From the NCBI RefSeq assembly GCF_006345805.1, contig NC_043022.1:11284001-11348000 (forward strand): a stretch of DNA of 64,000 nucleotides. The letters are read 5' to 3'. The number at the start of each line of letters is the position of its first letter. The stretch's first letter is position 1. Below the pieces are notes generated by a model. The model saw only the letters and a list, made by a program, of their open reading frames with translations. It was not told where the DNA came from and did no database searches. Made by a program: the position numbers and the translations under genes. Shown one piece after another: positions 12,282 to 23,290 of the stretch. The DNA comes from Octopus sinensis (Eukaryota).

Positions 12282-12581
12282 AAGGGGGAGGTTCGATCAA
12301 AAGGGATCGTAAAAGGAGAGAAAGAGGACAAAAATAAGGGGGGTTAAAAAAAAAAAAAAAAAAAGGGGGGGGGGAGAGGAAAAAAAATGATCAATAGGGA
12401 TCGTTATCACAGAAATGTCAATATGAAGTGTAAAGGGGAGGACAGGTGAGGTTTCCCGTGGGAAGAAAAGCCTGCGGAAAAGACCACGGTAACCTCGGTC
12501 AATGAAGTCACATTTTATATTTTTTTTTTTTTTTCTTTTTTTTTTTGCAAATAAGCAACTCTCTGTTTTCGATTTCTGGGT

Positions 12582-15500
12582 TCATAGGACTATGCTCAAG
12601 GTGGCTTCGTCATTCATACGTGCCATTCTTGCTACATTCACCCATCTTTTTTTAAAACATTCGCTAGACAAAACTTGCCTCTCTACTCTCACTTTCCTTT
12701 TCAAGTGGTACTTGAAGAAGTTGATGAGAGATTGACCAGAGAGGAAAGTGTTTGTCTCCAATCCTTTCAGACGCGTCCACCAGATACATTCTTTCGCCAT
12801 AGCCACAAGGATGATGAAAATAGCTCTTCCTTCCCGTTTGAAGGAAGGAGGCGTGACAATATTGACGATAGACTCAGCTGATAAACCGACTCGTCCCACA
12901 CGTGACAGCAGTTGTTCGACATAAGCCCACAGGTCTGAAATTGTTGGACACTGAACGAGTGCGTGCAGAACGGTTTCGTCGCTCTGACCGCATCTCGGGC
13001 AGGTCGGCCCCGTGTTTCTCGAGCCGTGTCTGTAGAGCTTATCCCGAACGGGTAGCGCTTCTCGGTAGCACTGCCAGGCCAGGGATCTCTGGAAGTTGTC
13101 CATGGGCCCTGGCCCGAAAGTCGTCCCGAACAGGCGGGTCAGGTACTCCTCGTCGACGTCCAGGTTCGCCCCGAGCTCGTCGTCCCCTCCACTAAACCCC
13201 TATAGAATGCTTTGGTTGTGTTGAAGTCACTTAAGGTCGACCCAGGACGGCAGAGTTGCTTGAGAGCAACGCGACACTCGCGGTGCCATTCGCCCTTCCT
13301 CGGCCTCTTTTAATCCACGACTGCAGTTCGGTCATGGAGACGAGCTGCGGGAAAGCGTGCCTCACAAACGGCGACCACACCTGTTCACCGTCGTCTACAT
13401 AGAGCCAGAGATGTCGCAGTCTCAGCGCGTGTCTGCGCATCATCAACCACGGCATGCCCAGCCCTCCTTTTAACGGGTGTTGACAGCAAATGGATCGCTG
13501 ACCATCGGGACGCATCCTTTCCACAAGAAGCGAAAGAGGATGCGTTGTAGTTTGGTGATGGTAGGGTCGGGACAAGGTACGACGACGGTAGTAGACAGGA
13601 CGGTAGTAGATGACGGACGATGTACGTGTTCGCCACCTCCGCTCGACCTTTTAGGGACAGTTTCCTCTCGGCCCATTGCCGGGCGAGAGTGACCACCCTA
13701 CTCGTTATCTCGTTCCAGTTCTTCTCCACTTGGAGGTCGGACCAAACCAGACCCCGAGCAACTCAAACCGGCCGTCGGTCCAGCGTCCCACGACGGAGGC
13801 GCTGGTGGGGGACGGCATGGGCTTGCTTCTCCAGGTGCCTAGTCGCAAGCCCACTGACTTTTCCGGTTGATTTTCGCTCCTGTCACCGCTTCGTAGTTTT
13901 TCAGTGTCTCGCCGACCAGCTCGATGTGCTCGTGGCTAGACACTATGACGGTGACGTCGTCCGCGTATGCAGACACGCTCGTCCCGCATCCCAATTCTCG
14001 CGGGATGCCCCTTAGAGTCGCCAGCTTCCGCAGTAGTAGGTGGCTCAAGAGTCAATACGTTATAGAAGCGCCGAGAGGGGGCATCCCTGACGGACCGAAC
14101 GTGCAATGTCGAAAGGTCTCGATAGATGTCCATTTACGCGAATTACCGAACGGATGCCTCTGTACAAGGCAGCTATCCAGCCGCGGAAGACGGGACCGAA
14201 ACCAGCCGCTCTCAGGACTGCCTCCAAGTATCGATGGTCTACCCTATCAAAGGCTTTTGATTGATCCAAGTTGATCAGGGCCCCACCCATGCCAGGTTCG
14301 TTAACTACCCTGTCTATGATGTAGCGCATCAGATGGAGGTGTCATGGATGGTCCGGCCTGGCACGGCGCATGTTTGCGCCTGTCGACCAGTTTCTCGATG
14401 ACAAGCGCCAACCTCTTGGCTAGCACCTTGGCCAAAATTTTCAAGTCTGCATTAAGCAGAGTGATGGGCCTAAAGTTATCTATTACATTTCCCTTGTTTA
14501 GATCTTTCTTCAGCAGTGTTACGGCTCCTCGGCTCACAAAACCAGGAATGCTCCCGTTTTGCTGCCAGTTGCAGTACACCGCCGCCAAGAGATCTCCAAA
14601 CAAGTCTGGCATACAATTGTAAAGCTCGTAGGGTAGACCATCCAAACCCGGTGATTTGTGTCCCTCGAGCATTCTGCCATCGCTTCCCGCACTTCCGCCG
14701 CCGTGATGGCACCTTCGCAGCACCCTGCCTTTCTTGTCGAGAGTCGTGGTAGGCTATGTAGGTAGGCACTGAAGTCCACCCTACGTTCTTGCCCTCCACT
14801 CGTTCCGAACAGTCGGGCAAAATGCTGCTGAAAGGCCTCACACATTTTACTTGGCTCGAGCAATTCGCGCCCCTGTTCATCTACCAGTGACCGAATGGTG
14901 GCTTTGTTGCCCTGTTGCGCCTCTGCCACCCGGGCCTCTCTCGCGGCTCCAACACCTTCGTTCCTTAGAGCACGCATCCTAGCTCTGACAGCACATCCTT
15001 CGTGTTTGGCGTTGAAGTGTTGGTCGAGGGCCAACCTCGCCGCCAAAACGTCGGATGCGATGCCGCTTCTAATTGCCTCTCTAGCTTCTTAACTAGCTCA
15101 CCCTCTACTCTATTTCTATCTATGGCTAGTGCTTTGCTGTACCTAATCGCTTCTGCTTTTACTGCTCTCTTGAGGGCAAACCACCATTTGTTGTGATGAT
15201 GGCTCCCGTCAAAGCCCTCTTTACTAGTGTGCTAATCCGGTCTCTGAAAACTTGTCTCGATGGGAAAGACGCGTTTAGTTTCCAGTATCCGGGACCCTGC
15301 CTAAGTGTCTTACCTAAGTCTAGCGTACATGTCACAAGTTTGTGATCCGTGTAGCTGACTATGTGGAATTGTGGACATCCTATGCTATCTCTATCTACTG
15401 TCCTACACAGTATCCTATCTAGATACGATCTCGACGACCCGATGCGGTTGCTCCATGTCCACGTTGGCGCATTCGGGTGGTCTAGTCGAAACCTGTCAGA

Positions 15501-16020
15501 CAGTTGAAAGCGTCTGAGCAGGTCTCTGAGGCATTTGCATCCCCGTCTATTCCTATCTCTACCCACGTAGTCTACATGCGTGTCCAAGGTAGCATTCCAA
15601 TCCCCCACTAAGAGTAAAGGACGAGACGTTCCCAAGAAAACTTCTAGACGTTGAAAGAAATCCGCCCGACCTGTTAAGGGCGGTGCGTAACTGATACGAG
15701 CCGAAAAGCGCACCCATTGCTGCCGTCGACATCCAGGAGACCAGTCTACCCTCCGGGTCTACGAATATTGTCCTTACATTGAGATCCAGACTCTTGTGAA
15801 AAAGTACCGCGGTGCCACTACCGCCCATTCTCGGCAGACAGGGGGAAAAATAAATGTTGAACTGTCCGCCAAACATGGTCTTTAGGGCCCGCGGATTGTG
15901 GAGTCTGGTCTCGCTTATGGCTATGATTTCTAACTTATGTGACTTTATGTCATTTAAGAGGTACCCTTGTTTCCAAGGGGACCCCAAGCCACGCGCATTT
16001 ACACAACCAATCTTGATCAT
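12582..16020 (-). pseudogene. Tx1 ORF2 (APE-RT-zinc motif), broken by several small indels
   Basis: Overlapping minus-strand ORFs 15559-16020, 15159-15713, 14534-15046, 14301-14723, 14060-14329, 13839-14048, 13385-13729, 13231-13575 and 12582-13103 carry consecutive ORF2 motifs. Confidence 0.85.
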
Positions 16021-16047
16021 ACTTCTAATGAATTAGAATACAGAGGG

Positions 16048-17440
16048 TTACTTACTGCTCGAAAGTTTTTGCTTTCTCCTCCGTTGGTTTGTCCTCGAGA
16101 AGATCCCAGAGTACAGTTTCTTTGTGAGATATTTTTGGCATTTACCAACCGCACTGGGGAAAATGCCTTTGAGTGTGTGGTGCAGACTTTTGGAGATGTG
16201 TATTATTTTGATGTGGTCTGGTGGTGTTGTGTATGGGTGGTTGTTTGTTTTTATGTCATCTTCTGTTATGTTTGTTTTTGATTGGATGTATTCCATCAAA
16301 TTTGTGTTTTTGGTGTCTATGGCTGTGAGCATGTTTGCTGTATATGTTTTTGTGGTGTTGGTGTGGCTGTTGTTTGCGTTGGGTTTTGAAATGTCTTCGG
16401 GAGATGTATTTCCCCCTGCTTTGTTCGTGTTTGCATTTGGTGGTTGTGTTGTGTTTCTGCTCTTTATTTTCCTTCTTTTTGTAGCTATTTGCCATTCCTC
16501 ACTGGTTTCGTCTTCCGACGAAATTTCTGAGGAATCAGAAGGGGGTAGGGGTATGTTGTGGGCTTCTATGTATGTCTGTGTAAGTGGTTGTGTTGTTGTT
16601 TTCGTTGTTGTTGGTTGTTGAGTGTTTGTGTGTGTTGAGTGCGGTATAAGGGATGGGGGATCAGTTTGTGTGTGTTTTCTTTGTTTTTCTGTTCCTTTGG
16701 GTTTTGCTGTTGATGGTAGTGTTGGTATTTTTCCAGGTGTCGAGTGGTTTTTGGTTGATGACGGATTAGCTTGGTGTGCTTCTCTTGTCGTCTTCTGTGA
16801 TGGTGGTGTGGGTAGTAGAGCTTTTTTTCCGGAGTGCTTTGGTTGTGGTAGTGGTTGTTGTTGTTGCTCTTGGTGTGCAGTGGTTGGGCACGTCTTTTTC
16901 AAGTGTGTTTCGCTTCCACACAAATAGCAGCGTGGTCGCCTGCCCTCTACCACTATATAGAGTTGTAGCCTCCTGGCAGTTCTATAGCGGTGGGTATCTT
17001 CTCTCTTGCTGCTTCATCCAATTGAAGCAGGAATTCGATTGATTTGCCCACATAGTCTTTCTCTCCTAGAACCGCGATTTCCAGGATGTTTGTCTCTGAC
17101 ATTGTCTCTGACATTTCAAAGCAGATGGCAGAGACCACCCATTGTGTTCGACATCAAATGGTATGTTTTTTATTTGGACTTTCGTGACCCTTTGTTTAAA
17201 TAGACTGGTATCATTACCAAGTCGTCCGAATGTAGCTCCATGTGGAAAAACGTTTTGCTAAACTTTCGTTGAGGAAACGTACTTGGACTGTACCAAATTT
17301 GTTTCCCCAACTGATATATTCCTTGGAGTCCCATACAGGACGAAGGCATTTATCGATTTTTTCCTGCGGTGCATTTTCTGTTCTTCTTGTTTTTTTGTTT
17401 ATTACTTTATAAATTATTGTTTTTTTTGCGTGTTTTCCAC
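16048..17440 (-). pseudogene. Tx1 ORF1 (gag-like, CCHC zinc knuckle, low-complexity Thr/Asn/Pro-rich C-terminus), interrupted and 5'-truncated
   Basis: ORF 16048-16953 contains RPRCYLCGSETHLKKTCP. Coding-like segments continue at 16953-17138 and 17214-17440, up to the (GATA)n tract. Confidence 0.7.
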
Positions 17441-17443
17441 GAT

Positions 17444-17482
<39 letters not shown>

Positions 17483-17491
17483 CATAGATAC

Positions 17492-17546
<55 letters not shown>
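17441..17546. repeat. (GATA)n tract between the two Tx1 copies
   Basis: Seen directly; two GATA-to-CATA interruptions. Confidence 0.95.
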
Positions 17547-18878
17547 TGTTTCTTTATTAGCCACACAGGGCTGCACACAGATAGAACAAATTACAAGGTA
17601 GAGCTTTTCTTTTGAAGGTATTAAAAAAAAAAAAAAAAAAAGGGAAGGGGGAGGTTCGATCAAAAGGGATCGTAAAAGGAGAGAAAGAGGACAAAAATAA
17701 GGGGGGTTAAAAAAAAAAAAAAAAAAAAAAGGGGGGGGGGAGAGGAAAAAAAAAAGATCAATAGGGATCGTTATCACAGAAATGTCAATATGAAGTGTAA
17801 AGGGGAGGACAGGTGAGGTTTACCCGTGGAAAGAAAAGCCTGCGGAAAAGACCACGGAACCTCGGTCAATGAAGTCACATTTTATATCTTTTTTTTTTTT
17901 TTTTTTTTTTTTGCAAATAAGCAACTCTCTGTTTTCGATTTCTGGGTTCATAGGACTATGCTCAAGGTGGCTTCGTCATTCATACGTGCCATTCTTGCTA
18001 CATTCACCCATCTTTTTTTAAAACATTCGCTAGACAAAACTTGCCTCTCTACTGTCACTTTCCTTTTCAAGTGGTACTTGAAGAAGTTGATGAGAGATTG
18101 ACCAGAGAGGAAAGTGTTTGTCTCCAATCCTTTCAGACGCGTCCACCAGATACATTCTTTCGCCATAGCCACAAGGATGATGAAAATAGCTCTTCCTTCC
18201 CGTTTGAAGGAAGGAGGCGTGACAATATTGACGATAGACTCAGCTGATAACCGACTCGTCCCACACGTGACAGCAGTTGTTCGACATAAGCCCACAGGTC
18301 TGGAAATTGTTGGACACTGAACGAGTGCGTGCAGAACGGTTTCGTCGCTCTGACCGCATCTCGGGCAGGTCGGCCCCGTGTTTCTCGAGCCGTGTCTGTA
18401 GAGCTTATCCCGAACGGGTAGCGCTTCTCGGTAGCACTGCCAGGCCAGGGATCTCTGGAAGTTGTCCATGGGCCCTGGCCCGAAAGTCGTCCCGAACAGG
18501 CGGGTCAGGTACTCCTCGTCGACGTCCAGGTTCGCCCCGAGCTCGTCGTCGTACCTCCCCTCCACTAAACCCCTATAGAATGCTTTGGTTGTGTTGAAGT
18601 CACTTAAGGTCGACCCAGGACGGCAGAGTTGCTTGAGAGCAACGCGACACTCGCGGTGCCATTCGCCCTTCCTTGGCCTCTTTTTGATCCACGACTGCAG
18701 TTCGGTCATGGAGACGAGCTGCGGGAAAGCGTGCCTCACAAACGGCGACCACACCTGTTCACCGTCGTCTACATAGAGCCAGAGATGTCGCAGTCTCAGC
18801 GCGTGTCTGCGCATCATCAACCACGGCATGCCCAGCCCTCCTTTTAACGGGTGTTGACAGCAAATGGATCGCCTGACC

Positions 18879-18879
<1 letters not shown>
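17547..18879 (-). mobile_element. Tx1-like retrotransposon copy B, 1.3-kb 5'-truncated, nearly identical to the 3' end of copy A
   Basis: 17547-18879 aligns to about 12172-13505, with the same 3' terminus TGTTTCTTTATTAGCCACACAGGG and the same C-terminus ARMARMNDEATLSIVL. The 5' junction abuts (GATA)n. Confidence 0.93.

Positions 18880-18935
<56 letters not shown>
18880..18935. repeat. (GATA)n tract at the 5' junction of Tx1 copy B
   Basis: Seen directly. Confidence 0.95.
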
Positions 18936-18936
<1 letters not shown>

Positions 18937-20847
18937 AGATTTTACTTAGGCATAGCCATAATGATAACCTGCTGTTAGAACTCAATATACATGTTTCAAA
19001 TTAAATCATTAGTCGAGTACAGAGCATAATACAATACTAAATAAATAATAAAGGAACAGTAATTATGTATTCAACTTTATTATCTTACATCTATTTCTGC
19101 TATAAGATACAGTGCACTCAGAGTTGAGTGCTTGTGCGTCACCTTATGCCTTCCTCAGAGCTTTTAAAGTGAAGTGGAAGTATATTTGGGAAAGCATTTA
19201 CACATGTTGAACAGATCACTGTTGAATATATATATATATATATTATGTCAGATTGAACAATAGAAGTTGAACATTAAAAATAACTAAAGAGGACGTACAT
19301 ATGGAATGTATTAGCTTGACACTCAATTAAGGTGGAAACAAGTGGGATTTTAACATTTCGAGGATAGCTTATCTGAAAGAGGAGAAAGGTAAAGTCCAGA
19401 GAAAGAAAAGTTCCATGAACAGCATGTGTATGGTTACATGGCTGAAGTGATCAGAAGTGAAAAGTAATGAAGTGGTTTTGTTGAGACAGGACCCTGTAGG
19501 TATATTATGGTGTTGCATTTGTCTGGTAAGTGTCTAGGTCAGAGTGTGTTGAGACTAAAACAGTTATTTCAATCATTTAAAGATTAGAATTTCTAGTCAT
19601 TAGTGCTTGCAAATATAAGCAGTAAGGATGATATTAACAACCTTCAGTATTTGGCTAGACATATTCCAAGTGACACTAACATAGTACTTTCAATCAAATT
19701 TAATATTTTCTGAAAATTATCATTATCCACTTTCTCAGCCAGTTCCTCATTCTTTTCTGGTTCTGTATTCTTAGGATATAAAGCAGCTAAATGACAGTCA
19801 TTAGATTGTTGGGGAGTTTATCTTTCAGTTCAGATGCTGCTAAAGTCAGTTTTTTCAATGAGATTTGGACATTTGGTTTCCATATAAAAGCCCAATTGGC
19901 ACTAAGCAGTTAAGTCAGCCCATTGCAGTATTGTTTTTAATGTGCTAATTATGTCTTTTTTTAATGTACTACTATCATTTTGTCAAACATTATCTGTCAT
20001 GAGAGAATTTTTTAACTGTTGCACAATTAAACAGAACATTTTACAAATTTACTATTAACCATCAATACAGTACATTATTTGAAATGCAGAGACCAATCAT
20101 ATAATCTATCTATAGAGCATTCTTATTTTATATCTATGGAAATTTAGTAGATAGTTTTTGAAGGTCTAGATTACTGTTATGTTGATAATTCTTTTGAAAT
20201 AATTGGAACGAAGTTCATACTTTTTTTAACAATATGACTTATCAAACATAAAAAAATAAAAATGAGAAATTATTGTGAGTAAACAGCATAGAGATTTGTA
20301 AGATATTATCGGTATCGTAATTTCCGCTTTTTTGAACGCGGTATATGCCTCTGTGGTTGTAAGTATAGGAATCTGAAGAATTCAATAAATAAATTACTTG
20401 ACATGCTCTTTCAGTTTGTGCTAACAAACCGAAGGAGTTCCTTATTTCTAAAGAAGTCTGTTTATATAAATCTTTACTTTCTCTCTCACACACACACATA
20501 TATCGTCAAACCAAAATGTTTCTAGACAAAGCTTCACATTGTTAAAATAAGGGAGACTAGAAAACTATGATGTTCTTAATGAATTAAAAAAAAAACTCGA
20601 ACCCGGGGAATCGAGTGGGGTGGTACGCACTATTATAAATAAACTAGGCATAGAAATGTCGAATTTTTCCTTATCTAAGTATTTTTCAGTTTCCACCACC
20701 ATCACGATTTAAATGACACCAAATGTCATTCAGATTGCTAGAACTATGTTTAGAGTATTGAACATGATCTGTAAGTTTATTTGTATTGCAAAGTGTAATG
20801 AGAAGATTCATTTGCGATTAAATAAACAATTTTTACTTGACTCATAT

Positions 20848-20912
20848 ACTCTTTTTTTACTCTTTTTACTTGTTTCAGTCATTTGACTGCGGCCATGCTG
20901 GAGCACCGCCTT
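20848..20912 (-). mobile_element. Short SINE 3'-end fragment
   Basis: TACTCTTTTTACTTGTTTCAGTCATTTGACTGCGGCCATGCTGGAGCACCGCC matches 1443-1490. Confidence 0.7.
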
Positions 20913-21191
20913 TTTCGTTCTGTGCTCAATTTTGCAAAAATCAACTTTAACAACTTTATGGTTAAAAACAATTTAACATATGAACATTAAAAGGGTTAAT
21001 GAAGTAAACAGCAAGAATTTACTGAAGGCAGCTCAAGTGTATCTCTTCCTTTGGGCACATGGCCTTGATAAGAAAAAATAATTCCAGTTTGTCCTTTTTA
21101 CAAAAAAAAGTTCCTCATACCTGACAAAGAAATTGCCTTGTTAACTTATGTTCCATTTAAAATTTAGTAGAAAAAGAAAACAACGAAAAAA

Positions 21192-22170
21192 ATCTTACCT
21201 TGTTTCCGATCACTTGAGTGATGGCTTCGTCATAGAAATTGAAGAATTAATCTTCATTATATCTGAGTTATTCTACGATGACTTTTAGATTTTTATTTGT
21301 GAAATAAAAGTATCAAGATTCAAAAGTGTTATTGATAATATAATAATTACCAGCTGTCAAGGTAATCGTTTCAAAATATTGACAATATAACTGACCAACA
21401 AAAATATCGTCTGCTTTCAGCCAAAATGTCGGAGAACAGTATTAGGTCGTTTTTCTTTCCTTGTTTTTCTTGTTTTTTTTTAACGTTCACTATTGAAATT
21501 TTTAAAAAGTCAATTTTGATATTCTTGATTTCGTGATTAATAAAGTTCTTAAACTTTCCGTGGGATTTCGAATTGGGAATAAAATAAGCAGTAATAAAGT
21601 AATCAAAATCGACGAAATTAAGTATATGACTTCTCTTCGACACGGGCTTCTAAAATTATATGTATATAAATCTATTATGCACTTGCAATTTGTCCTTGAT
21701 TCTAAAATGTTTCTTCATGCTTGACGAAGAGGTTCTCTCGTTAGTTTATAAATGTATTTTAGCTATTGACTGGTGAAAGTGGTCTAACTGGAAAGTGTAA
21801 ATAGTGGGGAAAAAAGCACCTTACCCTCTCCGCGCATCTGCTGGAAAATGGCTTCGTCACTAAGAAAGAAGAGTTTTACGTAAATTATGCTTGGTTTATT
21901 TTTCAAAGAATTTCATATTTTAATTTGTGAAATATAAAACCCTGTCAAATAACCACAGAGATTATAGTTGCTTGGTATTATCAATAATACAATTGCCTAA
22001 AAGAATTATCGTCTGCATTCACTAAGAATAACGGAGATAGCCGATCCAGCTCTTGCAGTTTTGGGCCTCTTTTAAAGTGTTGAAAAATCCAATTTTAACA
22101 TTATTTTCTCCGAGGTTAATAAAGTAATCCCTCTTTTTATAAGATTTAAAAGAGGTAAATCGACTTAGCT
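21192..22170 (-). promoter_or_regulatory. Two diverged duplicated non-coding modules, each ending in a minus-strand splice donor (candidate alternative first exons)
   Basis: Colinear shared blocks on the + strand: CTTACC (21194/21820), ATGGCTTCGTCA (21221/21848), TTTGTGAAATA (21296/21924), TATCGTCTGC (21405/22007), CGGAGA (21430/22032), TTAATAAAGT (21537/22116), AAATCGAC (21606/22157). The function is inferred. Confidence 0.4.
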
Positions 22171-23002
22171 AAATCCCCCCTCTTTGACATTCAAACTTGT
22201 CGAAAGCTATTACTAGCACTTTCGTTATGTGTGATGGTTCCAAAAGCATTAATGGCGTCGTGCCATATTTATAAATTACTATTTGCACTCTTGAATGGGA
22301 GGTAGATTGACAGAATCAGTATGGATCCAGACAAAATAAATATATTGCAGTGTTTAATTTTATTTCTTCATAGTTTGAGTTCAGATCGTGTCAGGGTCGA
22401 TTTAAACTCGCTAATTATTCTGGCGAAACATGCAGCCTTGTACCCTTGTTAGAACTCTTTATTATTATTTAGCACAAAGGCGGTAGATTAGCAGAATCAT
22501 TCATACGGTATTTTTCTCTGACTCTTTCTGCTCGGTGTTTAAATACCGTCAAGTACTGAAGTCAAAATTGCTGGGCTTGTGCTTCTATGCGGAACTGTTA
22601 TTTTAACGAGTTGTATTTATTTCTCCCCCGACGACATTATATATTTATGGCTACTTAGCCATTCAAGTGTGAATTATTATTATATCTTGACTTATGCAAT
22701 TTACCCCATACAAGCGAACGACTATACATTGGCGATTGTGGAGGTGGTGATAAATGTCCGCCATTTGACAATGAGGTGTCAGTTGTTCGATTAACTGAAT
22801 TGCCTTCTCTTGTATATTATGTAACAAGGCTGAACTTCTGGATGAGAGGTATAATCCACCCTACAGGCTTCTATACAATTTCTGTTTATCCAATTTCACT
22901 ACAAGGTATATACATCAACCCAACACAAAATAAAATATTTGCTCACGATGTCACGCAATGGGATCGAACCTAGGACCTCATAGTTACAAAGCGAACTTTC
23001 AT

Positions 23003-23290
23003 TCATCATCATCATCATTGTTCGACCGTGGTCGAGACAATGGAATTTACCATGCTACGCCAGACTTCACGGTCCTGATGAGGTGTTTGTTTGGTGTTGT
23101 TTGGTTGGGAGCTGACTCTTCTCCATCAGGTGATACCCGTCTGTTAAGATTGAGGGCATCACCGTCAATGGATGCTCTTAGAGGTGCAACGTGATCAGAG
23201 ACAGGACCCGACAAAGCAGGGGCTGGACCTACACCCGCAGGTATACCATTAGGTCTGGTTCCCTGGGGAAGAGGAACCCTGGTGCAGTTA
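23003..23290 (-). mobile_element. 3' fragment of a second RTE-like LINE with (TGA)n tail
   Basis: Minus strand ends ...PHQDREVWRSMVNSIVSTTVEQ-stop and runs directly into (TGA)5 (TCA repeats at 23003-23017). Confidence 0.6.

Larger units (their letters stand above)
12172..17441 (-). mobile_element. Tx1-like (L1 group) non-LTR retrotransposon, copy A, about 5.3 kb, 5'-truncated in ORF1
   Basis: ORF1 has a CCHC knuckle (CYLCGSETHLKKTC). ORF2 has an APE endonuclease (MIKIGCVNARGL, ISETRL, GDWNA, SYLDRIL, TDHKLV), an RT (KSPGLDG, FRPITLL, LDQSKAFDRV, RQGCPLS, YADD) and a C-terminal CPRC...ETVLHALVQC zinc motif. (GATA)n flanks both ends. Confidence 0.92.

Noticed and set aside
20586-20616. GC hairpin followed by U10 on the minus strand (terminator-like)
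   Set aside because: Intrinsic terminators are a bacterial feature, and no Pol III gene could be identified upstream.
22252-22297. MASCHIYKLLFALLNG as the perlecan signal-peptide exon
   Set aside because: Weakly hydrophobic, weak donor, and it ends in phase 2 whereas exon 25713 needs phase 0.
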